Positions 51,522 to 62,828 are shown, counted from the stretch's first letter. The stretch: 64,000 nt of DNA from a virus (IMGVR_UViG_3300034103_001027:42834-106833), one strand, 5' to 3'. Made by a program: numbers and translations. The notes: a model not told the origin generated them from the letters alone.

Positions 51522-51549
51522 TTGCCATATACCGGAAGGTCGCTAAGAT
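51522..51549 (+). promoter_or_regulatory. Promoter TTGCCA-N16-TAAGAT
   Basis: Conserved motif upstream of a GGAGG RBS and ATG 51599. Confidence 0.65.
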
Positions 51550-51598
51550 TGGTGTGAATTGGGGTTTCAGGAGTCTATTTAGCTTGGAGGCAGCACAG

Positions 51599-53650
51599 AT
51601 GGGGCGTGTTTGGAAGCGAGCGGGTATTGATCTGGACGCTCTTATTGATGCTGAGCGCGCTGCTCAGCTTAGCGGTTATGACCTGGATGAGGATGCGTTC
51701 TATGCCAGGCTCTGCGAGGCCACTAAATGCGGTGCAGTCAGCGCCCCAGAAGGGGAGAGATACGACTGGTACACCGATGACGAGGAGTCCGAGGGGCCGG
51801 AAGCCGCCCCTGAGCCCGAAGATGCCGATAGTGAGTCATGGTGCTGGCATGGGCATCCCGACAGGGGGGAGCGGATTCGTCGAGTCCAGGCGTATACAAA
51901 GATACACGCCAAGCACCGGGACATCTGGGACATTGACGCTGAAGACCTAGAGATCCTAACTGCAGCCAAGGAGGAGGTCCTCATGCGCTGCAAGACATCC
52001 TATGGGGTCATGTACGTCGTGGAGGACTTTGGGGTCAGCGAAGTGAGTGTCCGGTGGGTCGTTAAGTGCCACAGGAAGAATCTGAGGGCTGGTGATCCAG
52101 ATGCTCTAGCGCTTGAGAAGGCGATTCAGGACAGAATGAAGGCGGCTGGCGGTCCCAAAGGCATGAGGAATGCAATGAAACGCAGACGTCGTTTTGATTT
52201 GAGTGTAACTAAGGGTATAAGGCAAGTTGCTTCAGCGTAGCAGGGAGGCTGAGATGGCTCAAGCGATAGTGATTTGTGCTTTTGTGTTGGCTTTTGTGGT
52301 TCAGGGGTTATTTGTACTAAGAGAGGGCAGTGATCATGAAGATTGAAGATATTAACGCAACGCTCCGCAAGGACGTAGATGTGCTTTTTATGGATGCCAT
52401 GGCGGCTCGCAGAGCCTTGGGTGAGGCTATGCGGCGTGTTGATGGCGTCCTGGAGGCGATTGAGAAGATCGAGAAGCTCGAGGACGCAATGCTTATTCAC
52501 AGCCGGAAGACCGGATCAGCATTGAACCTTACGCTGCCTAATGCGCCGGAAGGTGCCTATACCAGCACTTGTGGCGATGTGCAGCTTTGGTTCGACTGGG
52601 CCAATAAGGATGATGGAGTTTGGCCGTAAATACTACGGCTTAGTGCGATTTCTTAACAAGGAGTTTTATATGGTACATGGATTAGAAGTCATCAAGGCAA
52701 TGAATCACGAGGCTAGCGCGCCTGACAAGTTGCAGGCTGAGATCGTAGCTGCGGAGGCGCGCAGGTTATACGAGGACTTGCCTACCTTCCGGTGGGGCTC
52801 GGCAACTACATTTGTGAACGCTGGCGGGAGGCTTATTCGCATTACCATGTCAATTGTCGATGATGCAGATGGCATTATCCGCGACATGGGCGGGCGAAGA
52901 GTGACTGTCGGCAGTAAAGTGCGAGTCCACCAAGAAGACGGAATCCGCACTGCCGTTGTTCACAAGCTCCAATTGAACCAACCGACCAAAAACGCACCGG
53001 GCTACTGGGTTGATATCGATTCCGGCGAGGGGCTAGAGGGAATGCCATCATATCTCCTGGAGGTGATTGATGACTGACATAGTAAAAGCCCTCAGAGATC
53101 CAGAAGGATGTACCGCAGGCGACATAAGCGAAGCGGCAGATATGCTGGCATTCTTCTTTCTTATGATGCAAATACACTCCCCGAAGGGGAACAATCAATA
53201 CAGTTTCGTGTTCCATAACGGCTGGCCAACGACGCTTTGTGTTGGCAGCGGCCCGCAAGAAGCTGTTCGGGCTGCGATTCGAGATATCAGAACGAATATT
53301 GGTGAGTAACAATGAATCGTTATGTAATAAAAACTGAACGCACTGGCGAGTCAGGTGAATGTCATTATGTATGGGCGAAATCCAAAGACCGCGCTGTCGA
53401 ACTCTTTAAGGAATTACACCCAGACGCAGTGGCGAAAGGAGCATCCTTGACAGTGACCAGTGACAGACTAGATCCACCGGCTGGCCTTCACGACGAAGAC
53501 ACTCCAGATGGCGCGCTCAGCGAGCGTGAGAAGATGCTTGGGCTACTACGGCAAACCCTCGACATGATGGAGCGATGCAAGTTGTACGGCCCACTAAGGC
53601 GAGATATCAAGTCAGTCCTAGGTCTCCCGCAGAGTACATCCAAGCCATGA
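51599..53650 (+). CDS. Rightward operon of hypothetical genes (51599-52240, 52330-52629, about 52670-53077, 53067-53309, 53312-53650)
   Basis: Co-oriented ORFs with RBSs leading to xis. Confidence 0.6.
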
Positions 53651-53865
53651 CTCTTCTTGACACTAAACAAGTCCACCAGATCACAGGTTGGTCCCTAGAC
53701 AAGATCCGCTCACTCATACGATCCGGTAGACTCCCCGCTGTCAATACGAGTTCAGGGAGGCGTCCTACGTTCTCCATACGACGCGATGACCTTGATCGGC
53801 TCATAACACCAACCGAGCCTAAGTCGCACAGAAGAACGCGACAGAGGGCTCCTAAGGTGTTTTAA
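53647..53865 (+). CDS. xis: Excisionase-like HTH_17 protein
   Basis: 'LLDTKQVHQITGWSLDKIRSLIRSGRLPA...SIRRDDLDRL'; convergent with int. Confidence 0.8.
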   Translation: MTLLDTKQVHQITGWSLDKIRSLIRSGRLPAVNTSSGRRPTFSIRRDDLDRLITPTEPKSHRRTRQRAPKVF

Positions 53866-54970
53866 GGAGCCATGATCGAATGTGCAGACAGACCTTCTTG
53901 ATTCTCTCATCGCTAACCTGTCTGTACCTTGAGGACATATCCGATGCACTTGGGGTATGCCCCATACAGAACGAGACAGCGGGGAAGTCCATTGTCTCGT
54001 CTCCTACGGTCTGAAATGTCCTGCGTAGGTCATAGAACGAGCCTTTCTTGAGCTTAGCGGCGATACGAGCCTTTCGAAACATTTGCGTCCCTGCGTCTTG
54101 TGAGTCATGTTGCCACGGAGTGCCATGCGAAGTTAGCAATGCGGCACTTAAGTGGCTTGACTCTTTTCGACGCGAAATGGACGCCTTGATGGCCTTGATT
54201 GTTTCCGGCCAGAGATAGATTCTCCTTGGGGTGCCGGTTTTATTTCTAGGGCAGTTGAGCCACGGGAGATCCTCTAGCTGATCTAGTGTTATCCTTGAGA
54301 TGTCACCTACTCCCATTCCTCCGTTGATACCTAAGTACACTACTGGTAAGAAGTACACATTGCATTTGGATAGGATGGATCTGATGTGGCTTGCGGGGAG
54401 CGGCCCAGAGGAGGATTGATGCCTTTCGAGGCGAGTGATCCTTGAGCTGAACTCAGACAATGCGCAGCCTGGTTCCGCTGGCGGGAGGTACTTTGAGTTC
54501 CTAAGCCAGTTTAGAAACGCCTTGATTCGGCGGATGTCACCATTGACTGTAACATGCGATCTCTTCTGCACCGCGCCGCGACCACCAGTTCCCTTCTTTC
54601 GAGAGACCGGCTCCAAGAGCTTCACCTTGATTCTCTGATAAGCATCCTGATTCCAACTCGCTGGGTCGCTGGTCCTCCCCATAACACCACATAGCCGCAC
54701 AAGAGTCTTCTTGACCTCTTGAAGCGACCTGTCGCTAAACTCACCTATTGCGACCTGTTGCTTCTTATGGTCATAGTACAGATCGGCAAGTTCATGCAGA
54801 GGAAGGTCCGGTGAGTCATCTATCTTCCCGAGGCCAGCGCGAAGATTCTCTTTGGACTTCGAATAGGACAAGAGAGCCTTCTCGAGGTCTGTACCGAAGT
54901 AGTAAAACTTGCCATTGATCTTTTTGCACCACTGGCCGCTGGTGTGCCTGCAAAGCGGTAAGTCTCCCAT
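53852..54970 (-). CDS. int: Tyrosine integrase (planctomycete-type)
   Basis: 'GQWCKKINGKFYYFG' arm-binding domain; RNKTG, YDLRRT, MGH and catalytic RY; adjacent to attP. Confidence 0.9.
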   Translation of the reverse strand: MGDLPLCRHTSGQWCKKINGKFYYFGTDLEKALLSYSKSKENLRAGLGKIDDSPDLPLHELADLYYDHKKQQVAIGEFSDRSLQEVKKTLVRLCGVMGRTSDPASWNQDAYQRIKVKLLEPVSRKKGTGGRGAVQKRSHVTVNGDIRRIKAFLNWLRNSKYLPPAEPGCALSEFSSRITRLERHQSSSGPLPASHIRSILSKCNVYFLPVVYLGINGGMGVGDISRITLDQLEDLPWLNCPRNKTGTPRRIYLWPETIKAIKASISRRKESSHLSAALLTSHGTPWQHDSQDAGTQMFRKARIAAKLKKGSFYDLRRTFQTVGDETMDFPAVSFCMGHTPSASDMSSRYRQVSDERIKKVCLHIRSWLLKTP

Positions 54971-55016
54971 AGTTGCCTCCGCACGGCATTGTAGCGGCAG
55001 GAGGTGCTAGGATCAA

Positions 55017-55222
<206 letters not shown>

Positions 55223-55223
55223 A

Positions 55224-55598
55224 TCACCTTGGCTTGGCGTACACGGCGCACCAGTAAAGCTTTCCGTTTTGGGAGTCGCGACACCCGAATCCGCATTCTG
55301 AGTAAGACTTATTGAGCATGTTTCTGCGATGCCCCAAAGAGCGATACCACGCCTTTATGACATCCTCTTCGCTGCGGTATCCTGCAGCCACGTTTTCGGC
55401 TACCGCAAGGAATGAATACCCCTGGTCCTTAACGCGATCCGATGGAGAGGAGAATTCCTTTCCCCTGTGAGACATTCGGCTCTTCTTGGCCATCCAGTCA
55501 GCGTGACCTTGGGCTGCCTTAGATAAGAGGTCGTCAAGCTCTAGCGGGCTTCCGCCGCGCAGATCGTTTGTTAGGTCAAGCAAAAGCTTCGGGTTCAA
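55224..55598 (-). CDS. CAP/SCP domain protein
   Basis: 'LSKAAQGHADWMA...SH', 'AENVAAG' and 'WYRSLGHRRNML...GFG'. Confidence 0.9.
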   Translation of the reverse strand: MNPKLLLDLTNDLRGGSPLELDDLLSKAAQGHADWMAKKSRMSHRGKEFSSPSDRVKDQGYSFLAVAENVAAGYRSEEDVIKAWYRSLGHRRNMLNKSYSECGFGCRDSQNGKLYWCAVYAKPR

Positions 55599-56262
55599 AT
55601 TTCAAGTCCTTTATCCATTGAGATATTTTGGGGTTAAGATTCCGGTCCCACCCATGACGGAGCCTTGGTCTCATGCTACGGTCGACCCTAATATGCCTTC
55701 CGGTGCCTTCCAGGAAGTCCACATGGCGACCAATCACCCACGCATCCTCCATTCTCTCGACTGCGCTCCTGTAGATAGCCTTGGACTTCCGGCCTCTCTT
55801 GTTCCAGATGATCAAAGCTGGGAAGCTTCCCATGGCTTTGTTGTAAGCACCCAGCGGAGACTCATACAGCACGGCGCTTCTAATGTTAGGCAAGATACAG
55901 GACAGGTCCGCTATAACACCCCCGCCACGACTGTAACCAATGAGGTTCACTTCCGGAAACTCTCTGCAGAAGCTGGCGGCATGGTACTTATCTATGAAGT
56001 AATCGACATGCAGTTTCTCGCCGATATCTTCACGAAGCATCTCTGGTGTCGCGCCGTCTCCGTGAAATGCAATTGTTGCTACTTCATTACCAACCTGGCG
56101 ATTAGAAGGCTGGAATTCATCCCATTTTTCGACAATCATGTACTCGTCACCTGACCATGTTTCCCCCACCCAGTCTGTCGTAAAGCCAAGGCCACACTTT
56201 GGGCACTTACTGATGCTCAGTGACAGCTCGAAATCAAATCCACAGCGAGGGCAGTCGACCAT
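55576..56262 (-). CDS. Alpha/beta hydrolase with N-terminal zinc ribbon
   Basis: FHG oxyanion motif, GYSRGG nucleophile elbow, CPRC...CPKC. Confidence 0.7.
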   Translation of the reverse strand: MVDCPRCGFDFELSLSISKCPKCGLGFTTDWVGETWSGDEYMIVEKWDEFQPSNRQVGNEVATIAFHGDGATPEMLREDIGEKLHVDYFIDKYHAASFCREFPEVNLIGYSRGGGVIADLSCILPNIRSAVLYESPLGAYNKAMGSFPALIIWNKRGRKSKAIYRSAVERMEDAWVIGRHVDFLEGTGRHIRVDRSMRPRLRHGWDRNLNPKISQWIKDLKFEPEAFA

Positions 56263-56364
56263 ATTTCAGTCCTGAAGTGACGGAATAGAGTGAAGTGACT
56301 AAGAGCCGCAGTGGGGTGCAATTGTTGTCATATTAAATCTGCGCTGGCGCAGGTTATGCAGTAG

Positions 56365-57150
56365 TTATACGGATTCAATCAAACGTCGTCCAATCCACTC
56401 GGCGACTTGTGGCACGACTGCGTTTCCAACCAATCGCTCGGAAACCCCATCAGCCACAACAGAAACTCTTTCGACGGGTTCATCGCTACCGAGAACGGAA
56501 ATCCACCGATCAAACAAAGCACTTGCTTCAAACCTTTTTGTACGACTCGCCCCGTTGACTGGTGGTAAAACCGCTGGTTCCAGTGTTCCGGCTTTGAACC
56601 ATCTTTTTTCACAACGTCCATTTTCCATTGCGGTGGACGTGCGCACGGTGTCGGCAATAATGAACATCCTTTCCCGTAAGTGCGGGGCACCAATGGCGGC
56701 TGCGGGAATAATGTCCCATTCGCAAACGTACCCGATACCGGCCAACTGTTCGACGATCTCTCGCAATCCTCTTGTTCTGATCGCTGGGCTGTTTTCGATA
56801 ACAACAATTCTTGGCTTGGCTTGTTTGACGACTCGGAAATACTCTGCCCATAAACCACTTCTGTCGTCGCTAAGTCCTTTGCCTTTTCCTGCAACGCTGA
56901 TTCCTTGGCACGGGAATCCTCCACAAATAACATCAACTGATGTTGGCTCGAATGTTCTAATGTCGTCATGCTTGGGCACCTCCGGCCAATGCTTGTTTAA
57001 TACCATCCGTGCATCTGGATCAATCTCGACTTGCCACGCACACTTTAACCCCGCTCTGTCAAACCCAAGGTCAATACCACCGATGCCGGAAAACAAAGAA
57101 CCGTATAGCAATTGATTGCATCGAAGCCCGCTATCAGGCGTTTTTGACAT
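56365..57150 (-). CDS. C5 cytosine DNA methyltransferase, alpha polypeptide (lacks motif IX)
   Basis: FSGIGG (I), FPCQ (IV), ENS (VI), PHLRER (VIII) and GNAVVP (X). Confidence 0.9.
   Translation of the reverse strand: MSKTPDSGLRCNQLLYGSLFSGIGGIDLGFDRAGLKCAWQVEIDPDARMVLNKHWPEVPKHDDIRTFEPTSVDVICGGFPCQGISVAGKGKGLSDDRSGLWAEYFRVVKQAKPRIVVIENSPAIRTRGLREIVEQLAGIGYVCEWDIIPAAAIGAPHLRERMFIIADTVRTSTAMENGRCEKRWFKAGTLEPAVLPPVNGASRTKRFEASALFDRWISVLGSDEPVERVSVVADGVSERLVGNAVVPQVAEWIGRRLIESV
56379..56969 (-). CDS. Overlapping alternative-frame beta polypeptide of the methyltransferase, carrying motif IX
   Basis: 196-aa nested ORF with 'WPVSG...NG...LLPTP' and 'NPSKEFLLWLMGFPSDW'. Confidence 0.75.
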   Translation of the reverse strand: MTTLEHSSQHQLMLFVEDSRAKESALQEKAKDLATTEVVYGQSISESSNKPSQELLLSKTAQRSEQEDCERSSNSWPVSGTFANGTLFPQPPLVPRTYGKGCSLLPTPCARPPQWKMDVVKKDGSKPEHWNQRFYHQSTGRVVQKGLKQVLCLIGGFPFSVAMNPSKEFLLWLMGFPSDWLETQSCHKSPSGLDDV

Positions 57151-59948
57151 GGTGAATTTTTCCTTGCGGGCTCAATGAATCAAAACGTTCGTCGTACCAA
57201 ATAGGCCGCTCTACGTTGTCCTTTTCCATCGCGAGCATCAATTGCCGCAATGCGTCCAAGTTCTCGGTCGAGTCCTTTTGCGAATCCATGTATATTGCTC
57301 CAGCGCGATAATCGCAGATGTTATTTACATGAAGGTGGCTTAGGGTATGGCATCCAGTGCGTGACAGATGCAATATCGTCGTCGTCTAGTTTGTCTGCAT
57401 GCATTCCGTCCCAGCACCACAATACCGAGAATACACACGTTCCGTCAGAGACCAAAATGTCATCCTCGTCCTTTGGGATAAACTTTGCAAAGCTATTCCA
57501 GTTCCCATAGCGTCCACTGATATATTTTGCGTTTTTCGCCAGATTTCGTGGGAACCTCCTCTCCATAGCTTCGACCTGCTCTTTCGACATAGACTCTACG
57601 CTCGTAGGGAAAACCATTTCTTGAATTTCATCCATGAGATCAAGTGCGTCCGGTAAGCTTGTGCTTATGGCGGTCTGCATTTGGCTTACTTTCCTTGCTA
57701 TGTCTTCTCGCCTACTATCGAGGCTCCTATCCTTGACTGCGCAATCCAGCATCCCGCCTACTCGCTCGACCAACCACTTGCTGTCAATGTAATTCTGTTC
57801 TGTCATATCCTTCTCCTTGAATTATGCCGTCACTATTACTGTCCACTCAAGAAATGATCGTGAAGCGTGGGATGCCTAGGTCTCCAGTTATTCCCCGGCT
57901 GGGGAGACTCCACGAGACCGACGATTACTCGCCGGTTTCTGCGATCTCTCGATCACTTCATCAGTCGCAAAATGCCGGGCCAGATGTTTCCGATGTCAGC
58001 ACCCCTGGGAAACCCACGGTTCTCGATCACTCCTCAATTAACAACTCAATTCACTAAAACGCATGACTTTACTCAGTAGTAAATACTGCCACCGACAAAC
58101 AAGATCTTGCTGCGACAGCGTGAATCATTCCCACGACCAGGACCACAATCGCCTAGCCCTGAATGCATCGCCGACTTCGCCGTACTGATAATCTCGCCGC
58201 CTCCTGGTTCCATCTGGGAACTCCACTACCGTATAGTAGTCTTGCGCGCCGATCTCATGGCTATGACCGACCACTACAATCTTCACATCTTCCAGCGGTG
58301 CCTGGTTACAACCAGGGATAACGCACAGCAAAAGCACACAATAAACTATAGCCTGAAGTCTTTTCCGAATACCCATACGATCACCTTCGTGCCAACTAGA
58401 GTCAGTACTATCGCGACGAAACATCAGCATCAATAGAATTGACCTGCACATTAAGATGCGTGGCTTCATACCACGGCATATCGATCCCCTTCGTCTCCTT
58501 GATCCATCGTGACTTTGCTCGTCCGTCAAGATACATGATCGGAATAACTAGAACTGCTATCAGTAAAATTGCCGACATTATGGAACCAATGAATATGCAC
58601 AACAACTTTAGGCGCTCCGACCAATCCATAATTCACCTCAATAGAAACAATAGGCACTACCTATCCTGGTAGTACAGGACTTTCCTTGCTTGACTTGCAG
58701 CGTCTGGCAGCAACTTAGCTATTGCTGGCCACTGATCACCGATGCGGACCTCAATACCCTTCTCAATCACATGCAAACACATTGACAGCGCCTTTTTCAA
58801 CCTGACACTCTCGGCCAGCGCCATTGCGTGATGGGCTCGTCCTGACTGCTGGTCGGCATATGACCCAAAGCACTCACCGTCTGGCGACACAATGGAATAC
58901 CCATCACCCCGTTCTGTGGCCTGTATCGTCCACACTTCCACAGCCGCACTTTCGCTTTTACTCATGATCTACTCCTCAGGCACACCGAACGGCATGCCGT
59001 CATCAACGAACATGAATCTCCTGAAAGCTTCCTCCCAGGTGTAAACTGACCATGCATAACTAGAATATCGCTGCGGAGGGAGAGCCTCCGTGCTACCAAT
59101 CCTGACCGTCCATTTGTTTTTATATGGCTCAAACTCAGTCGCATTTTTGAACGGCCTGTATTTCGGCTTAGGCTCATCTATTGGAGCACAGTACAGCAAA
59201 AATGCCTCGTACTTAGTATTTCTGGCAGACCTCCACACTTTGTTGCTATAATCAAAAAACTTCGCACCACTCCTGAAAGGCTCATTCGCCGTATCGATCA
59301 ACCGATACCCTTCAGGTGGATCGACTGGCTTAAACTCAGGTATCGGCATCCAGGCGACTACGCCGCCTAAAGACTTCCAATGGTAGAAGCTGACATTACC
59401 CATGCGCGACAGCTGCAATACAAGACCATCTTTGTTTGCATCAGCCGCAGTGGGCTTTCGTATTCGAATGTCAATCCAGTTCATTTCCAGCCCCTATCTC
59501 GTAATAATTGCACCAATTTCACAGTCCAGACTAATCAGCACAGTTCGCACAAATACATTCCTCATGGCGCGACTGTAGGTGTCGATCTTTCCAGAATCAT
59601 CACCCTCTGATCTTCCTTTCTGTACTTCTGATTTAATCTCTCCGGATCTAGCCTCGTCCATGTCTGCCTAAACACTTTTGACTTAAAAAAGACAATGCCG
59701 TGACTAGCAGATATATGCTCAGCGATCCACATGTCACCACGCCTCCTCACTGGGTAGCTCTTCTCCGCTAAGAACCACCCAGATACATCATACCTTCGAT
59801 ATTCAGGATCCCATGTCCATAAAATAATCTGCTTGTACTCAGCGCCGTTGTATAGCTGCTTGCAATGATTAAACTCAATTACATCGACAGGAAACTCGTT
59901 CCGAACTGAAACTGACACAACAGTCGCAAGAAGAATAAAGCGGAACAT
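57134..59948 (-). CDS. Cluster of hypothetical genes, including DUF551-like proteins ('VTHWMPYPKPP', 'VVAWMPIP'), a small membrane protein and a lipoprotein
   Basis: ORFs 57134-57373, 57321-57806, 58125-58529, 58408-58629, 58657-58965, 58969-59484 and 59562-59948. Confidence 0.55.
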
Positions 59949-59958
59949 CCTTGATCCT

Positions 59959-60004
59959 AAAAAATGGCAGCGCCGGGCGAGAGGCGGTCAACCCGACGCC
60001 GCCA
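59959..60004 (-). terminator. Rho-independent terminator after the SSB-like gene
   Basis: Minus-strand GC-rich hairpin TGGCGGCGTCGGG...CCCGGCGCTGCCA followed by T5. Confidence 0.75.
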
Positions 60005-60013
60005 CAGGGGATA

Positions 60014-60574
60014 CTAAAATGGAATATCTTCCATTGACGACTGCGATGGCTGATACTGTTGCGGAGGAGCAGCGTGCGGGTTGTACTGCTGCTGCGGAGC
60101 CGCTTGTTGAGTCGGCTGAGATCGCTGCTGCTGTGGCTGCTGTCTCTGCTGGTACTGCGTGTCCTGGTTGTACTGCTGGTCGCCGTGCTGCTCTCCAGTT
60201 CCGATGTACTTGCTCCAGCCTACAAGCCCAAGCACATGATTCGATGGGTCCTGTGGAGGACCTTTCTTAACGTACACCTCACCAACACGCTCCTGGAACT
60301 CGCCGATATGCCGCTTGAAAAACTTCAGTGGCCCGCCATCGACGCAAACCTGCTCATAGTACTTGCACGGCTTTCCTTGCGCAGTCTTTGCGTGACGCAC
60401 AGTGAACTTAACCCTGTCGCTGCTGATATTCTTACCTGTCTCGTCTTTCCCCCACGCGCGAATGTCGTAAAACAACTCGTCAGCCTGCGCCAGGTCAGTC
60501 AGGACCTTAGTCATCTGATCTCCTTCAACTTCAACCTCAAACCCGTTCCCGTAGTCTCGTCTTACCTTAATCAT
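60014..60574 (-). CDS. Single-stranded DNA-binding-like protein
   Basis: Q/P-rich linker and C-terminal 'EDIPF' SSB tail; the N-terminal domain is divergent. Confidence 0.65.
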   Translation of the reverse strand: MIKVRRDYGNGFEVEVEGDQMTKVLTDLAQADELFYDIRAWGKDETGKNISSDRVKFTVRHAKTAQGKPCKYYEQVCVDGGPLKFFKRHIGEFQERVGEVYVKKGPPQDPSNHVLGLVGWSKYIGTGEQHGDQQYNQDTQYQQRQQPQQQRSQPTQQAAPQQQYNPHAAPPQQYQPSQSSMEDIPF

Positions 60575-60808
60575 TTCTTCACCTCTCTAATGAATCTCAC
60601 ACCCATGTTCTCTTCTAAGTATCGCTCGGCGTGGATTAGCGACCTTATCTTTCCGAAATTACTACTGACCGTGTTAGCGATCCTTCGCAGATCCTTCTCG
60701 TCTCCATTGAGTCTCTCGATGTTAATTAGAAGCTCTCTCTCAAGCTCATTAACATCCTCCATCTTCCATGTTGTTCCGTTAAGAACTTTCTCTTCCTTGA
60801 TACTCATA

Positions 60809-60836
60809 AATCTACTCAACTCCGGTTATATGGCAA
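60809..60836 (-). promoter_or_regulatory. Promoter TTGCCA-N16-TAGATT
   Basis: Conserved motif, intergenic/upstream of the SSB operon. Confidence 0.55.
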
Positions 60837-60843
60837 GTCAATA

Positions 60844-61260
60844 TCACAATAAAATTCCCTGACTATTCAAAATTTCTTTACACCATTGCTGAGGCGGCTT
60901 TTCCGGTTCAGGCAAGGCACCGATCCAAATGGACTGCAAGAAATCCTCATCATAGTACTCTGGATCAAATAGCCTCTTAAGGAACAACGTATGCCGCTCA
61001 TCTATCGTTTGGTATTCGATGTCGCCAATAACCTTAGTCGGAAATGACTCACTGTTGCTTACGTGCAAATCGTGGCATAGGGGGTGCAGGAGTACTACCG
61101 CCCTGCGGTCATCGACTCTAACTGCCCTTGCGCCACCACTGGCAATGTGAGCAACGTGAAGAGTCCGTGGTCCGTACCAGTTAGGCACTATGTAACTCGG
61201 CGTCCAACCGCTGAGCCAACAGAATCTTCTTCCTGGCTGGTGGACGTCGAAGCTATTCAT
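60844..61260 (-). CDS. Possible HNH-like nuclease
   Basis: 'HVAHI...VLLHPLCHDLH'. Confidence 0.4.
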   Translation of the reverse strand: MNSFDVHQPGRRFCWLSGWTPSYIVPNWYGPRTLHVAHIASGGARAVRVDDRRAVVLLHPLCHDLHVSNSESFPTKVIGDIEYQTIDERHTLFLKRLFDPEYYDEDFLQSIWIGALPEPEKPPQQWCKEILNSQGILL

Positions 61261-61862
61261 CGTGATCTACGCTCGCCGTGATCCTGTACGTCACACCATC
61301 AACCTCTGCTAGCAACTCGGCACCGCTGTAGACACCAGATCCTGCAAGACCGACATCTACACCAGCCTCCTTCAACCTTGGCCGCACAACCGTCTTGAGG
61401 AATCCAAGAGCCAGAAGGTTTTCGGCCTGCCGCTTATCTGCGGCTTCTAGATCTCGCAATCGCTCTTTCTCTGTCCGCCTGTCTTCGTATCCAAACATAA
61501 CTTAACCTCCAATAATAAAAGAACTGCGTGACTACTAATCAACATTCCGATCCACAGAAGCGATGTGCAACTCACCTATCTAAATTCCTTGCCGTAACAT
61601 TAACCCCAGTGTCTGGTGTCATCACAATGAACAGCTTCCGCAATTCGCTCCAGAGCCTTCGGGAGCGATGGATACAATTCCGACATCTCGACATGACATT
61701 CGCATTGATCCAATATATCCACAGACGCCTCAAGAAGCATGCGGTTAATCCTTCCGTACAACTGCTTCCAGATTATCGGGCGAAGGTCGCCGCCAGCTAG
61801 GTCTGTGCATGTTAGACGAAGCTCCGCGAATCCATCTCGATGCTCTATGTGGCTATACTTGA

Positions 61863-62231
61863 TCATTTAGCCTTCGCCGCCCTGCGCCTACGCGCCCTCT
61901 TGTTCCTTCTGATCCTCTTTTCGTCATCAGTAAGAAAGGACGGATGGTAGACTTCCATGGTCCTGGACATGTACCAGACGACGCTTTCGGATAAAAGGAA
62001 CGAGACCTTATCGTGAAGCTTATTGATTCTCATGCAATTCTCGGTCTTGCCGAGCCAAGCATTGCAGCCTCGATGCAGTACCCCTCGCATCTTTCCGGTC
62101 TTGTGACAGTGATCCGCTACAGCATCCCGTAAGGGGAGTTCCTGACCGCACAGTAGGCACTTCTTATCCTGATCGAGCCATGTCTTCACTCGCCACGTTG
62201 CAAGTTCTGTTCTTTTGATTCGATTGAGCAT
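61863..62231 (-). CDS. Recombination endonuclease VII family nuclease
   Basis: 'QDKKCLLC...ADHCHKTGKMRGVLHRGCNAWLG'. Confidence 0.9.
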   Translation of the reverse strand: MLNRIKRTELATWRVKTWLDQDKKCLLCGQELPLRDAVADHCHKTGKMRGVLHRGCNAWLGKTENCMRINKLHDKVSFLLSESVVWYMSRTMEVYHPSFLTDDEKRIRRNKRARRRRAAKAK

Positions 62232-62342
62232 CCATGCCTCACTTCATACACATCGCCAGGAAAGTACTCCGAGTAGTGCTGCCTTATATACTGACAGTCA
62301 CTCAGGCTAACTTCCTCGGACAGCTGCATGCACTTATTGTCA

Positions 62343-62828
62343 CTACGAACCCATACTGTCGGCATTGATTCGATACACCATCCGGTAAGCGTCTTCCGCT
62401 GGGTCTTCGAAGTATTCGTAAAGGATCTTGTTGGCGCGGAAGCCAAGCGACCTGAAGAAAACCTGTGCAGTCAAGTTGCTCTCCCGAACAAACACCGCTA
62501 CAGTGTTTCGGCGGTCAGGTGAGAGCTTACTGATTAGTCTGTGAACAAGGGACCGACCTACGCCCTGCAATCTGCAGTTCTCTGCAACAGCCATACGAGT
62601 AATGATCAGCGTGTTTTTGTGCAGCTCGTAGATCATATACCCCTCCACTCTGTCATCGACATCAATGACCATGCCGATTGTATTCCTGGATCTCAGTGCA
62701 GTTGAAAAATTCTCTTCGGTCCAGACAACCGGAAAGCTCTCGTAGTCGATATCGACCACGCGCTGCAGGTCACTCCTGATCAGCCACCGTGTAGGGAGCA
62801 GCACGTCACTAGAACTCGTCGACTTCAT
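62343..62828 (-). CDS. rimI: RimI-like ribosomal-protein N-acetyltransferase
   Basis: 'SFPVVWTEENF...GYMIYELH...RLQGVG...VRESNLTAQVFFRSLGF...YFEDPAEDAYRM'; GGAGG RBS before ATG 62828. Confidence 0.85.
   Translation of the reverse strand: MKSTSSSDVLLPTRWLIRSDLQRVVDIDYESFPVVWTEENFSTALRSRNTIGMVIDVDDRVEGYMIYELHKNTLIITRMAVAENCRLQGVGRSLVHRLISKLSPDRRNTVAVFVRESNLTAQVFFRSLGFRANKILYEYFEDPAEDAYRMVYRINADSMGS

Noticed and set aside
60059-60862. 267-aa Leu-rich plus-strand ORF resembling a membrane protein
   Set aside because: Antisense of the CAG-rich SSB linker and neighbouring genes.
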